64,000 nucleotides of DNA from Hypanus sabinus (lineage: Eukaryota): contig NW_026781736.1 in assembly GCF_030144855.1 (NCBI RefSeq), positions 62,001-126,000 of the forward strand. The letters run 5' to 3'. Positions 13,170 through 26,559 of the stretch are shown here, piece by piece. Each line of letters opens with the position of its first letter. Position 1 is the stretch's first letter. The position numbers and the translations under genes were made by a program. Below the pieces are notes generated by a model. That model did not search any database, had not been told where the DNA came from, and worked only from the letters and a program-made list of their open reading frames with translations.

Positions 13170-16100
13170 ACTTCCATACTTTTATCAACTGTCAGTGAGA
13201 TTTATTATAGGAATTTATATCCTAAATATCACTGCCAGATATATAAAGTATTTGTAAAAACAAAAAACACACAAACAGAATAAAACACACATATTCGTTA
13301 ATCCACGCAACCCTAAGGACAATATTGAACTGACAGAAACAATAGCATTGCGAGGGCGACCAGTGGGCGTAATAAAGCACCATAGCATTTCCACTATGAC
13401 CCTGTCCAGACCTGGTGCTGGACTCCAGGTCTGAACATCTGAATTTTGGGACAGGTTTAAATCACTGATTCTGACTCAGTCAGAGGGTTAGTTTTGCTGC
13501 AAGGAAGCAACATTAATCGATGAAGGCAAAGGAACGTCGTCAATTGCCAGTTGTTTAGCAGACGTGTCCAATCTGTATGTTACCTTGACAGAAACAGATA
13601 TTCGCAGTGGTGACAAAGGGATTCAGTCTGGTTTATTTCACGTTGGAGAGGTGTGTGGAGTTTTGAAATCAATGCCTTGTGGTGCCACCATCTTTAATTC
13701 AGCGTGTTCGGAGTGGGGGGTCACACAGCACGGGAACAGCCTTTGGCCGGCCTTACCTGTTCTGACCATCCACTCACTGTCTACACTGGTCCCATTGATC
13801 AGTACTTGGCTCATATCCGACTGTATCTCGGCAGTTTCAATGTTCATCAGGATTATTCCCTGGATCACGTCTTGAATGACGGATCAATATGAAGTACTAG
13901 CCAGTTCTCCCGGAGTTTGCTTGTGGCTAGGCTGGTCACAAGTATATTGGTCAAGGCCCCAGCAATCTCTTCACTTGCCTCTCTCTGTAACGAGTGGTAT
14001 ATCCCATCAGGGCCTGCAGACTTTTACGTCTTAATGCACTCTAAGAGACCCAAGACTGTCTCCTCCCTTACGTTAAAATGCCTGTGTATACTTGTACTCT
14101 CCGCACTGGTCTCCCTATCCTCCTTGTCTGGGCGACCAGTGGGCGTAATAAAGCACCATAGCATTTCCCATCTGAACCTGTCCTTACCTGGTGCTGGACT
14201 CCTGATTCTGTTTCCAGCGAATCCGAACATCTGAGGTTTATGTCCCTGCAAGTACGTGAACACACCCTGAGCAATGTTCAGTTGATAACACGCTCATAAA
14301 CCTGAACTTCAGTCTATTCAGCATGTAACGCCACACCTTGTTCCACAATGGTTGTGTTAAACCACATAAAAGCTTTATTTCCATGAACAATGTCACTTTT
14401 AACCAGAATTAATACTACAGTGCAAGCGGGGCAGTAATTTCCTCTCTCCAGAACACTTGATCTGCTCTGGAGAGGAATCACAACCCGCATCCTGGTCCGG
14501 TTGGGTTGGCGTCGTCACTTCAATTTATTGTACCAGTTAGGACCAGTTTATTGTCAGATTATAAACTCCAGCGACAGCTCAGGGCAAAGATCACTGTGGG
14601 TTTATTGCACTGAGACAGCAGAAGGAAGGGCGCTCTCAACTCTGATGGAATATTATGTATTTGGAATAATGTTCCCTCATGAACAGTAGGCATTCCTTTT
14701 CTCCAGATTTAACTGTGCCCCCTCTGCCTGGAGCAGACTTCAAGGTCACCCCGTTTATAACGAGCCATCTTTAACAGTTGTCCGCAGTTGGACCATTGCA
14801 GTAATGGGCCGACTGGAGAGCAGCTGTCCCGAGATAACCATCTCCCAGAGATAACTACCGGTCAAAGTCAACAGCGAGATATGGACGGCCTTCTCCTTCA
14901 GCTTATTGCTCACTTACTGGGAACAAGTTACCACATCAGAGTAGCAATCAAATGAAATTATCATCATATCTCGCTGGCGAATTTGTCTGGCAACCCGTTT
15001 ACTTCGCACATACATCCACCAGCTTCGCGTTTATTTTACAAGAGCTTGTACCGTTCCTCGTCAGAGGACGATGGGTAAAAACATTAATTTCACTGCGTTT
15101 CTTCTCTGTCAGAGTGTGCTGCTGGTATGTTGAATTAGTGACAGGGCATTCGCCCCCTCAGTCCTGTTCCGTCATTCTCTATGATCACAGGGGACTGTGA
15201 TCTCAGCGACTCATCCCTGCGACAGTCTGCAACATCACTCTCCCTTGCCTGTCAAGAATCTCTCTGCTGCGGAATTAAGCTCACTGAAAATAATCCCTGC
15301 TTCTCGTTTCCTTTGAGGAAGAGAATTCCAAACACACACAAGTTACACCACATAGAGTGTGGAATTAGTAAAAGGACATTCACTCCCTCATCCTGTTCCG
15401 CCATTCTCTATGATCACAGCTGGACTAAGAACTCAGAGACACGTCCCTGCGACCGCCTGTAACACTTCACTCCCTTGCCTGTCCAGAATCTCTGCCCTGC
15501 GGAAGTTAAAACATGGAAAAAACAAAACTCTGCTCCTCATTTCCATTGAAAATTGTTCCACCTCATAAAAATAACCTCATCTGTCTTCACCTGTTTCAGC
15601 TTCCCCTGGAACAACAACTGATGGTATTGATACGGTAGAAAAACTAGAAATACTTGCCGTGACAAGTGGGCTTATTGAAACACCATAACACAGCCCAGTA
15701 CAGTCCCTGTTCTCACCTGGTGCTGGACTCCTGAGTCTGGTTTCTGTGAATCCGAGCATCTGAATTTTCTGTCCCTAACAGTAAGTGAACACACCCTGAG
15801 CAATGTTCAGTCGATAACACGCTCATAAACCTGAACTTCAGTCTATTCAGCATGTAACACCGCACCTCGCTCCACAACGCTTGCCGTGAAAAACGCAAAA
15901 ACTCGTTTCTAACATGTGGCTCGAGCCAAAAGTACGACTTCACTGCCCGATGCAATGATTACATTCCTCTCAAAAATTTGATCTGCTCCAGGCACTACCC
16001 GTATCCTGGTTCGGTTCTGTTGGTGTCGTCCCTTTGATTTATTGTTCGCCTTGGGAGCAGTTTATTGTCGGGTTATAAACTCCAGGTACAGCTCAGGACA

Positions 16101-18285
16101 AAGATCGCTGTGGGTTTATTGCACAGAGAGAGCAGAAGGAAGGGGGATTGTAAAATATTATGCGTTTGGAGTCATTTTTATATTTGGTTTATTTTTGAAC
16201 ACAGGACATTCCCTAAGTCTGCCCCAGCTGCCTGGAGCTGACTTGAAGGTCAGCCTGTTCAGAAAGAACCAGTTTTAACAGAAGTCCACAGTTGGTCCAT
16301 TACAGTAATGGGCCGATTGTGGAGCAACTGTACCGAGATAACCATCTCCCAGAGATAACAACCGGTCAAAGTCAACAGCGAGATAAGAACGCCCTTCTCC
16401 TTCAGATTATTGCTCACTTACTGGAAACAAGTTACCATGGCAAAGTAGAATTATATGAAATTATGATCATATCCCGCCGGCCAATTTGGCAGGCATTGGA
16501 CTTATTTTACAAATACATCTACCGTTCCTCGTCTGAGATCGAAGGAAAAACATCAATTGTTAAATACACTGGGTCTCTTATTTGTCAGAATGTGCTACTG
16601 GTCTATTGATGTAGTAACAGGACATTCGTCCCCTCAGTCCTGTTCCGCCATTCTCTATGATCACACTGGACCATGATCTCAGTGACACATCCCTGCGACC
16701 GGCTGCAACACTTCACTCCGTTGCCTGTCAAGGATCTGTGAGCTGCCGAATTAACCACATTGACAGAAAACTCTTCTTCTCTTTTCCTTTGAGGAAAAGT
16801 GACACTAGTTCCACCTCAGTGGGAAAAGAAACAGTTTCCCCTTACAGCAGCAAACATGTTCCCCACATTCCTGTTCGGAATCCAGGTGATGTTCGACGTC
16901 TCCAGCATCAGCTTAATTCATTTATGTAACCACCAGCGGATGAAATCTCCTCACATTCATCTAAATGACAGCGAATGCAATCAACTCCCCGTCTTTATCG
17001 TGTTCCAGAGAACACAGAGTAGAGGTCAGCATTGAAGAGAACGGGTGACAGCAGCAGATGCTCCAGGACATGCACTCAGTGGCCACATTATTAGGTACAG
17101 GAGGTACATGGTAAAGCGCCCACTGAGTGTAGTATTTGCTATTTTGGTCTACGGCCAGTAAGAATTATCACATTATTTTTTATATAAATATTACCGTCAG
17201 ATCTACCTCGTCTTCGCTGAAAAAACACATGCAGAATAATCGAGATCGCAGATCCGTAAAGCCGCGCGATTTCAATGGTAATATCGATATGGTAGAAATA
17301 TTAGAAGTACTGCCGTTACAAGTAGGATTATTAAAACACCTTAACATTCCCGAATACAGTCCCTGTTCCTACCTGCTGCTGGACTCCTGGGTCTGGTTTC
17401 AGTGAATCCGAGTATCTGAATTTTATGTCACTAACAGTAAGTGAACACACCCTGAGCAATGTTCAGTTGATAACACGCTCATAAACCTGAACTTCAGTCT
17501 ATTCAGCATGTAACGCTACACCTTGTTCCACAACGCTTGTGTTAAACCACACAAAGACTCACCTTGCTTGAATGAGTCTTTCAAACTTGTGGTCCGAACT
17601 AGAATTAATACTTCAGTGCGCGACATTTTACCACCTCCAGAGAGGAATCATAACCCGCATCCTGGTTCCGTTCGGCTGGTGCCGTCGCTTTGAGTTATTG
17701 TTCACCTTGGGAGCAGTTTATTGTCAGATTATAAACTCCAGCGACAGCTCAGGGCAAAGATCGCTGTGGGTTTATTGCACAGAGTGAGCAGAAGCAAGGG
17801 CGCTCTTCACTTTGATGGAATATTATGCATTTGGAATAATGTTCTCTTTTGATCAGCGGACATTCCCTTTCTACAGATTTAATTGTGCCCCCTTAGCCTG
17901 GGCTTGCACTGATTTTAAGTTGGCCAATTTAAAATCCATCTTTAACAGTTGCCCGCAGTTGTAAACTTCGGGTAATGAGCAATGGGGAGAGACTGTGGCG
18001 AGATTGCTATCTCCCAGAGATAACTACGGGTCAAAGTCGACAGCAAGATATGGATGCCCTTCTCCTTCAGTGTATTTTTCACTTACTGGAAGCAAATTGC
18101 AGGATCGCAGCGCCATCATTTGCATTTGAGACCATTTCCCGCTGCTGAATTTGCCTGACATCGCATTTACTTTGCACATACATCAATCAGTGAACGATGG
18201 AAAAACTCGAAACATTAAATTCACGGGGTCTCTTATTTGTCGGAGGTTGTTGCTGGCTTATTGAATTAGTAGCAGGATGTTCGGC
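13130..18285. repeat. three diverged copies of a ~1.5-kb segment (about 14130-15350, 15620-16800, 17075-18285)
   Basis: Shared blocks such as gaacacaccctgagcaatgttcag, cagctcagggcaaagatc and ctcccagagataac recur near 14260/15790/17445 and 14845/16345/18012. Confidence 0.9.
13447..14129. repeat. ~685-bp segment duplicated at 18741-19427 (includes a minus-strand CR1 piece)
   Basis: Near-identical text from tgggacaggttta to ccctatcctccttgtct; paired ORFs 13638-13868 and 18936-19166 give near-identical peptides. Confidence 0.92.
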
Positions 18286-19159
18286 TATTTTTATTTGAAG
18301 AAAGAACAAGCAGGACAGAGAGAGGTGACTACGTTGATGTTGTGTACTTGGATTTTCGAAAGGCCTGTGACAAGGTGCCACACTTGAGGCTGCTAAGCAA
18401 GCTAGGAGCCCATGGTATCACAGGAAAGATTCCAGCATTGATGAATCAGTGCCTGATTGGAAGGAGGTCTTCTGGTCTTACGGAAATGCAGCTTCCCTGG
18501 AGGTGGAGGAAAGAGGTGGAAGAGGCTTTGGGAAGACACGGTTTGTCAGCTCTGAGAACGAGTTGAATGTACCATAACCTTCAGGGTGAATCGGAAAACC
18601 ATCTGAGGGAATTGGAAATGACAGAAGCAGGGTAGATGTGATCTCATGTGTTGAGGGCAGGGGTTGTGTCTCCATCAGACCCTCAGTGAGATGGTTCAAG
18701 TTACAATTTGCAAGTAATATGCAGGTGAAATCATAGTGTTTGGGACAGGTTTAATCACTGATTCTGACCCAGCGAGAGGGTTAGTTTTGCTGTAAGGAAG
18801 CAACATTAATCGAAGTAGACACAGGAACTTCATCAATTGCCAGTTGTTTAGCTGAAGTGTCCGAACTGTATATTACCTTGACAGAAACAGATATTCGCAG
18901 TGGTGACAAAGGGATTCAGTTCAGTCTGGTTTATTTCAAATTGGAATGGGATGTGGAGTTTTGAAATCAATGCCTTGTGGTGCCACCATCTTTAATTCAG
19001 CGTGTTCGGAGCGGTGGATCACACAGCATGGGAACAGCCTTTGGCTGTCCTTAACTGTTCTGACCATCCACTCACTGTCTACACTGGTCCCATTTATCAG
19101 CACTTGGTTCATAGCCGACTGTCTCTCGGCAGTTTCAATGTTCATCAGGATTATTCCCT

Positions 19160-19680
19160 GTATCACGTCTTGAATGACGGATCAAGATGAGGTACTAGCC
19201 AGTTCTCCCGGAGTTTGCTTGTGGCTAGGCTGGTCACAAGTATATTGCTCAAGGGCCCAGCAATCTCTTCACTTGCCACTCTTTGTAACTTGGGGTATAT
19301 CCCATCAGGGCCTGGAGACGTATACGCCTTAATGCGCTCTAAGAGACCCAACACTGTCTCCTCCCTTACTTCAAAATGCCTGTGTATACTTGTACTCTCC
19401 GCACTGATCTCCCTATCCTCCTTGTCTTTCTCCTTGGTAAATACTGATGTGAGTTACTCATTAAGGACCTCACACACATTCTCGACGGCTCTGTTTGATT
19501 TGACCTTCCTGAGCTTTACATACTTTTCCTTTTCCTGATTGACTAAATTCATCACTTCTCACGATATTTTAGGTTCTCTGACGCTGCCAATCTTGTCATT
19601 TCGTCATACTGGAATATACCCGTCCTATACTCGGTGCAGATGGATTATAAACACACTCCCTATGTCAGATGTGGACGCCA
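19160..19680 (-). mobile_element. CR1 ORF2 fragment, cut by the LTR insertion
   Basis: SPGPDGIYPKLQRVASEEIAGPL motif (ORF 19163-19354). Confidence 0.8.
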
Positions 19681-19681
19681 G

Positions 19682-20877
19682 AGTTACGAAGAATGAACAG
19701 CTCTGATGGGCAGAAGGGTGCAGAGTTGCCCATGACCCCACCCCCTTGGAGAATCACAAACCGTTACTGTTGCTATCCTGCTAATGAGAGAGAGAGAGAT
19801 GTAAGAGAAAACATGCTAAAATTGGAACATCTGCTACAGATAAGAGAGATAAAGCAGGGGAGTGAACTTGTTGATCTACCATATTATGACTTCTGAAAAA
19901 CTTACGGGTTCTGAGAGTGTTGTTCACCTTGTACCATCCTGTTCATTAAAATTCCTCAGTGGACTGCCGCAGTGGGCTGGTTTGATGGACACAGTCATTC
20001 AAAATTGATGGACAACTGAGACCACGTGAGTAAGGATAAAAGTGAGTTCTGGGGAGACACCCCTCAGGCACACCAGGAGAAAAACTATTGAGCGCTGCTT
20101 GAGTGTTGGAATCCACGTGAAGGTGTGGGGCATCGGAGACCGAACAAAGGATCGGTCAGTTTAACCCACAGCTTTATAGCAGGGCCGGTGGGGGCTTGTG
20201 TGTGTGTCCACTCATGCCAGAGTGACGAGTCCACCACAGGAGAACGATCTAGCTGAAGGACAGAGGGGTGATACCTGAATGGCCACAACACATCGACGGA
20301 TCAAGAACGTAAAGGAAGGTTTGCCTGCCTGTAGTTGTTACATCTTGCTCTCTCTCTCTCTCCAACAATTACAACACAACGACCAACATCTACCTCAGCA
20401 TGTGTGAACTGAACTGAACCTTATATTGACATTTGACAATTCATTATCCACTAGACATTGACAGAGCTTGTTTATTATTGATTATTATTATACCCACAAT
20501 TTTAGGTTTAGTTTTGCTAACGTGTATTATCAATATATTTGCATTATTGATATTGATTTGTGTATCTTACTAATAAACACTATTTGAAAATAGTACCAGC
20601 AGATTCCAACGGATACTTCCTTCTCTGCTGGTTAGACACCCAGTTAAGGGGCACGTAACAAATTGGGGGCTCGTCCGGGATTTATTTAACAAATAGGGAG
20701 CCAGTGATTCGGGGTATATGTCCATTATCTGATCTGGTTGCGTAGGTAACCAGACGGGAAACCAGAAGAGATGGAAATAGACAAATTTATAAAGAACCCG
20801 ACTTTGGGGGCATTGGAGAATGCCGGGAAGGTTGTTTTGGAGAGTGTTGCGAGACGATTAAATCTCTCGGCGGTGGT
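19682..20877 (+). mobile_element. Gypsy-superfamily (Gmr1-like) LTR retrotransposon 5' end: LTR 19682-20660, tRNA-Pro PBS 20664-20681, start of gag from 20771
   Basis: LTR ends agttacg...cgtaaca (6/7 inverted) with aataaa near 20572. TGGGGGCTCGTCCGGGAT is complementary to the 3' 18 nt of tRNA-Pro. MEIDKFIKNPTLGALENAGKVVLESVARRLNL resembles a gag N-terminus. Confidence 0.82.
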
Positions 20878-20964
20878 CTCATTTTCTCAGCCGCCTTTCT
20901 CGACATGCTGCGAGTGATTGCGCATGCGGGAGAGATCTTAGAATTTAGGGCCGGGTCTAAAAGT

Positions 20965-23900
20965 TAATACACTTTTTGAGGATGTTGGTTTATTTGATAT
21001 ATGGAGGGACCTTTTCCCCGTCAGAAGGGATTACATTCATTATTCTGCTCCTTATTCTGTATATACCAGAATAGATTTTCATAACATTTGGAAAAGATAA
21101 AGACAAAATAATCACCTGTGTAATTTGAACAATAGATGTAAGTGACAATGCACCTATATATTTATCTGTTGATTTTGACCTACAACCAAAGAATGCTATT
21201 TAGAAACTAAATTCAAGTCTACTCAATGATCCGTACTTTGAGAAACAAATTAAAAGAGAAATTGGTCTCTACTTAGAGTTCAATGATAATGGAGAGGTTA
21301 CACCTCTAAATTGATGGGATATTCTAAAGGCTGTCTTAAGACGGAAAATTACAGCGATATCCCCATATAAGAGAAAAAAATAAGGAATAAAACATCGGAG
21401 GAATTACAAAATAGGCTGAAGGAATTAGAGAAAAAGCACAGATTGAATTTGGCACAGGATACATTAGTGGAAATTCTTTAAAAATAGGAATGAAATTAAT
21501 AGTTTGGCTGTGCAAGAAATCAAGAAAAGAATAATGTTTCTGAAACAGACAATACATGAAATTCGATCTAAGTCTACTGGCGTGGAAACTGAAAAAAAAA
21601 AAGATAGCAGAAAATACAATTCATAGAATTAGAGATCCAAGAACAAAAATGTTTAAAAAAAGCTAAGTGAAATTCAAGAAGCTTTTGAAGGGTATTACAA
21701 ACCGCTATATTCCAGAGTTCCAGAGGGAAGCATAACCCAAATGGACACCTTCCTGAATTCTATAGAGTTACCCACTTTAAGCGAAGAACAAAATAGAACG
21801 ATGACGGCTGACATAACTGAAGTTGAATTTAAAAACTGCAATTAGTAGGCTTAAGTTAAGCCAGTCGCCAGGATCAGATGGGTATACGGCAGAGTGGTAC
21901 AACGGATTTAAAAATGAGTTAATTCCTGTTTTACTCCCCACACTGAACTGGGCTATAAAAAAGGCACAAATGCCACCCAGTTGGAATGAAGCGATAATCT
22001 CAGCTATACCGAAAAAAGGCAAGAATAAAATGGAATGCAGGTCATTTAGTCCAATATCTACTTTAATGCGGATTACAGATTATTTACCTCCATCATGGCC
22101 AAACGATTAGAGGAGTTTCTAACCGTACTGATACGTGACGATCAGACAAGCTTTATCCGACAACGTCAAACACAAGACAGTATACGAAGGACACTTCATT
22201 TTATGGATGACATACAAAAAAAATCGAAGCAATAGTGATAAGCGTGGACGCTGAAAAGCATTTGATTCGGTTAATTAGAATTTTCTTTACAGAGTTTTAC
22301 ATAGATTTGTTTTCCAAGACACAATTGTTAAAACTATACAGACACTCCATGATAACCCTACTGCTAGGATTAAAATCAATGGATATTTATCAAATAGTCT
22401 TACCCTAGAAAACAGCACGAGACAGGGTTGTGCATCGTCACCGCTACTCTTCGCGTTATATCTGGAACCATTAGCTCAATACATCAGACAAAATGAAGAT
22501 ATCGGGGAATTACTATTAAAGGGACAGAGCATAAATTGGCTTGTTACACGGATGACATTTTGATCTATCTAGGGCAACCAACATACTCTTTACCTAATTG
22601 TTGCAGTCCTTTGTACAATATGGTCAATTATCAAGATACAAGATCAACATAGATAAAACCTAATTACTTTCATATTACTATAGCCCAGCAAGAGAAATTG
22701 AAAGTAGATATCCCTGGGCATGGCAAACAGAGTCTTTCAAATACTTTGGCATCATTTCGCCAAAAGATTTGGCAAAATTATCAGAATGCAATTATCAGCC
22801 TTTATATAAAAAATAAGGAAGAAATGGCTTGATTGAACCTGATTCCTTTTTTCAGTCTCAGTTCAAGAACTGAGTCTATTAAAATGAATATACTGCCCAG
22901 ACTGTTATATCTCTTTCAGACCCCACCAATAGAGAGTAATTAAAATCAATTCAATGAATGCTATCTGGCAGGGCAAAAAGCCTCGGGTTCGTCTCAAAAC
23001 TTTGCAATTAGCAACGGAAAAGGTGGGATGGAGCCTACCTTCTCTTAGAGATTATTATTTTGCAGCACAGTTGAGAGCTGTAATATGTTGGTGCAACCCG
23101 TCATGTGACGCTCAATGCAAAAAGATTGAGGAGCGAGTACTGCCATCCCCATACAAGCAATTTTGTCTGATAACAACCTGCAGAAGTATATAAATACTAT
23201 TGAAAACCTATGGGTGAAATTGAATCTTAAAATCTGGAAAACTACTATAAAAGAATATAATCTAGATGGAGATATTGCAATTCTTAAATGGTGTGCGTAT
23301 GACTCGGATTTTACGCCAAATAAACTGGATGCTGGATTTAATGACTGGTCAGATAAAGGAATAACAGTTCTTTGCAACATAATGAAAGAAGGAACACTGT
23401 TCAGTTTTGAAATGCTTAAAGAGAAAGATTTATTAGAAAACAAGGTTTTTATCGGTATTTACAGATGCGACAATATGTTAATAGGAAGTTTAAAAATGTA
23501 ACCAAGGCTTGTACATGCTTGATAGAGCTACTTAGAAGAGCATATAATTCAGATAACGGTAGTAGAATCATTTCAAGTATGTATAAGGGTTTGTCAAATG
23601 TTAACACACATTCTACTTCATACATTAAAACAAAATGGGAGAAGGAAGGAGGGATAATTATATCTGATGATGAATGGACAATAACATGGAGATATAAATG
23701 GAAGTGTACCAGTTCACAGAAATGGAGGGAGTTCGGATGGAAAAACTTAATAATGTGTAATCCCATTATGATAGTAACCTCCCTGTTTGCTATAGAAATT
23801 GTGGAAATCAAAATGCAAATCAGTATCATATTTTTTGGGACAGCCCTGTTATCAAAGACTATCGGAGGGGGATACACAATGCCCTACAAGACATCTTTAA

Positions 23901-24420
23901 ATGTGAAATACCCTTAGAGAGTAAGAGCATATATTTTGGGTATATACCTCAAGAATAGTTGAAAAGAGATAAATATTTAATGAATATACTGTTGGTGGCT
24001 GGTAAGAAGACTCTTACTAGGAAATGGTTATCACAGGAGAGCCCAGCTTTAAATACATGAATGGAAATTACAATGGACATTTACAAAATGTAGAAGATAA
24101 CAGCATCTGTTAATCATAAGCTGGAACAATTTGATTTATACTGGGAAAAGTAGTTTAACTACATAATGCCTCATTTTATTCTCACACAGTAATGAATATA
24201 TTGTACAAAAAAGATTACTCCTTACTTGTACATAGTTTTCTGTTTTTTCCTTTTGCATGTTTTTTATTTCCACTCGTTTCTATGAGTGTAAACCTCAGAT
24301 AAATACTTTGTGGAGATCTGTGACATATATGATTATATGATATATATGTACAATGTGTGAAATGCATCTTATGGAAATGTTTGCTTGATGATGAAACTCA
24401 ATTTTAAAAAATTACAAAAA
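20965..24420 (+). mobile_element. 5'-truncated, disrupted L1-clade LINE ORF2 (end of endonuclease, RT, Cys-rich C-terminus, A-rich tail)
   Basis: DIWRDLFP..YTRIDF; SPGSDGYTAEWY; PPSWNEAIISAIPK; TRQGC.SSPLLFALYLEPL; YTDDILIY; CYRNCG..HIFW. Many frameshifts and stops; A-rich end at ~24405-24420. Confidence 0.92.
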
Positions 24421-26559
24421 ATTAGAAAGAGCCTTGGATTAAAAGCATCATATGCCATTGGAATGCACTTTGGCATGGTCCAGTAAGGGAGACTGTGAAA
24501 ATTTAAGGACTTGAAAGAATCACAGATAGTGTGGAATATTTCCCCGCCTAAACTATACGGGCGGTAATAATTGCCTTCCTCATTTGAAATAACCTGTGAG
24601 CATCCGTGGTTTTCACAGCTTCTTTACTACACAACCAACGCGGCTTCAACTCCTACCGCTAACTGCAAGGAGTACGTACATTCCCCGGCGGCTGCGCCGC
24701 TTTCCTCCCACCGGTTGGTGGGTCAATTGGTCGCTGTAAGTTGTCCCGCGATTGGGCAGCGCAGCTCGAAGGGCCGCCCGGCCCTATGCTTAAATAAATA
24801 ACTCGACAAGCTGTGGGTCCAGAGCACAATTGGATAGTACTGGCGGTTGTCTCAGCTCCGAGTCCAGTGATACGATCAGTTGTCCGAAACTGTGGTCATC
24901 CTTGCTTGCAGTGGATGACCATCAGGTCTGGGACCCGGCATGCCCTGCGCTCTCCAGGGACTGCTGCAACTCCACCTTCCTGGCCGATGGATCTCACTAT
25001 AGATCTCACACGTACATGTGATGGGGCAGAACACGTGGAAACCCGCGAGGAATCTCTGGGTTGCAGGACAAGTTATTTAAACTTCGGTTGCAAGCTATTA
25101 ACATTACGAGATCGCGGTAAACGTAATAAAAGTAGTTAAAAATACGATCCAATTAAAACAATAACCAAATCTGTGAAACGTACTAAGAGCTCCCACCTGA
25201 ATAAATCATTTTCATTTTTAGAATCTTTTCATTGGTACATGATCTTCTACAGCTGTATAATGTTACAAAACATCAACAGATTAATATGTAGACAATTAAT
25301 AAAGCTGAAGAAAAATAAAAGCTGATCGTAGTACATACAAATGGAATATATATTTTTCGGAAAAAGATTGAAAAAAAGAACCCCGTCTAACCATCGTCTC
25401 AGTTTTATAAAAATTAATGAAAGCAGAAGACAGAAATGCCGCCATTGTAAGGTTATTAAGAATAGGCTGAAATCCAGAGAATTCCTGAGGGTGAGTGAGA
25501 ACCGGGAATATGTAATTTGGAGATAAGACCGTGAGGTCAGTTTCATCAACAGTGGGCAGATGAAGAGGCGAGTGAAGAGACTGATCGGTTGGGAAAGAAG
25601 CGCAAAAGCCCACGACGCGCTGCAGAACCAGCAGCATTGAGCCAGTACAGAGCCCAGAGAGCAGGTCGCTGCATTCACCGAACGAGCGAAAGACAAACAT
25701 TATGATTACAATTCAATCGAAGTGAACTGTGCGGAGCTCCGAAGCAAACTGAATGACTATGAAAAGAAAACTAAGCAGGGACTTCAAAGGGGCGGGGTCC
25801 TGCCGGTGACGCTTATAGTGACACCACTTTGAAGCTCTAGCCTGAGAATACACCCGACCCCGCACCCCCCCCCCCCCCGGACCCCACCGTCGCCGGACCA
25901 GACCGAAATTCCGAATTATTTCAGCCCGCACTTGGGCAGTCTCCCGAGACAGTGACACCATCCGAACTCAGAGGAATTGCAGTCCAGACATGACGTGGGC
26001 ACTACAGCGACCCCTAGCGCGTCAGGTGAGGAGGACAGCGATAATACAGTAAGACTGACAAACGTGTCATAGCTTGCTTCAATACAGACCAAGAGAGAGA
26101 ACACGCCCAGGATTGAAGGTGAAACTGTTGTCAATCAATGTATTAACAAGCTAACACCAGTGGTGGCAGTTCTAACAGCAATTGGCTAGATGATTGGCAA
26201 TCTCCTGAGAGACTTTCAGTGCTCAGCCGAATCTGTGGCTATTGATGAAGAAGAACTGAAAGTGTTTCAAACATTTAAACCGTCATTGTCCGCACCTGAA
26301 TTAAGATTCACTGCTACATATAAACCATTTATCCGAGATGTTAACGATAAACACATGATGGAAGTCACACAGAAAAATATAGTCTGAGACCCTGTGTCCA
26401 TGGATGTTGCAGAAATCTGCTGTCTAACACAATATAGCTTGACATCTCACTAGGCGGCAACATCGTCCGTTTGCTTCTCATTTGGCGGGTATTTTCTCTC
26501 CATTTATAGTCAACCCGTTCAATTCGTCTACATTTTATGACCCTGTATTCTAGATGCCA

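Noticed and set aside
20664-20681. tRNA-Pro gene fragment
   Set aside because: Only the 3'-complementary ~18-20 nt including CCA, directly after an LTR end; this is a primer-binding site.
25247-25700. 149-aa and 134-aa hydrophobic minus-strand ORFs
   Set aside because: No family similarity; hydrophobicity follows from T-rich composition.
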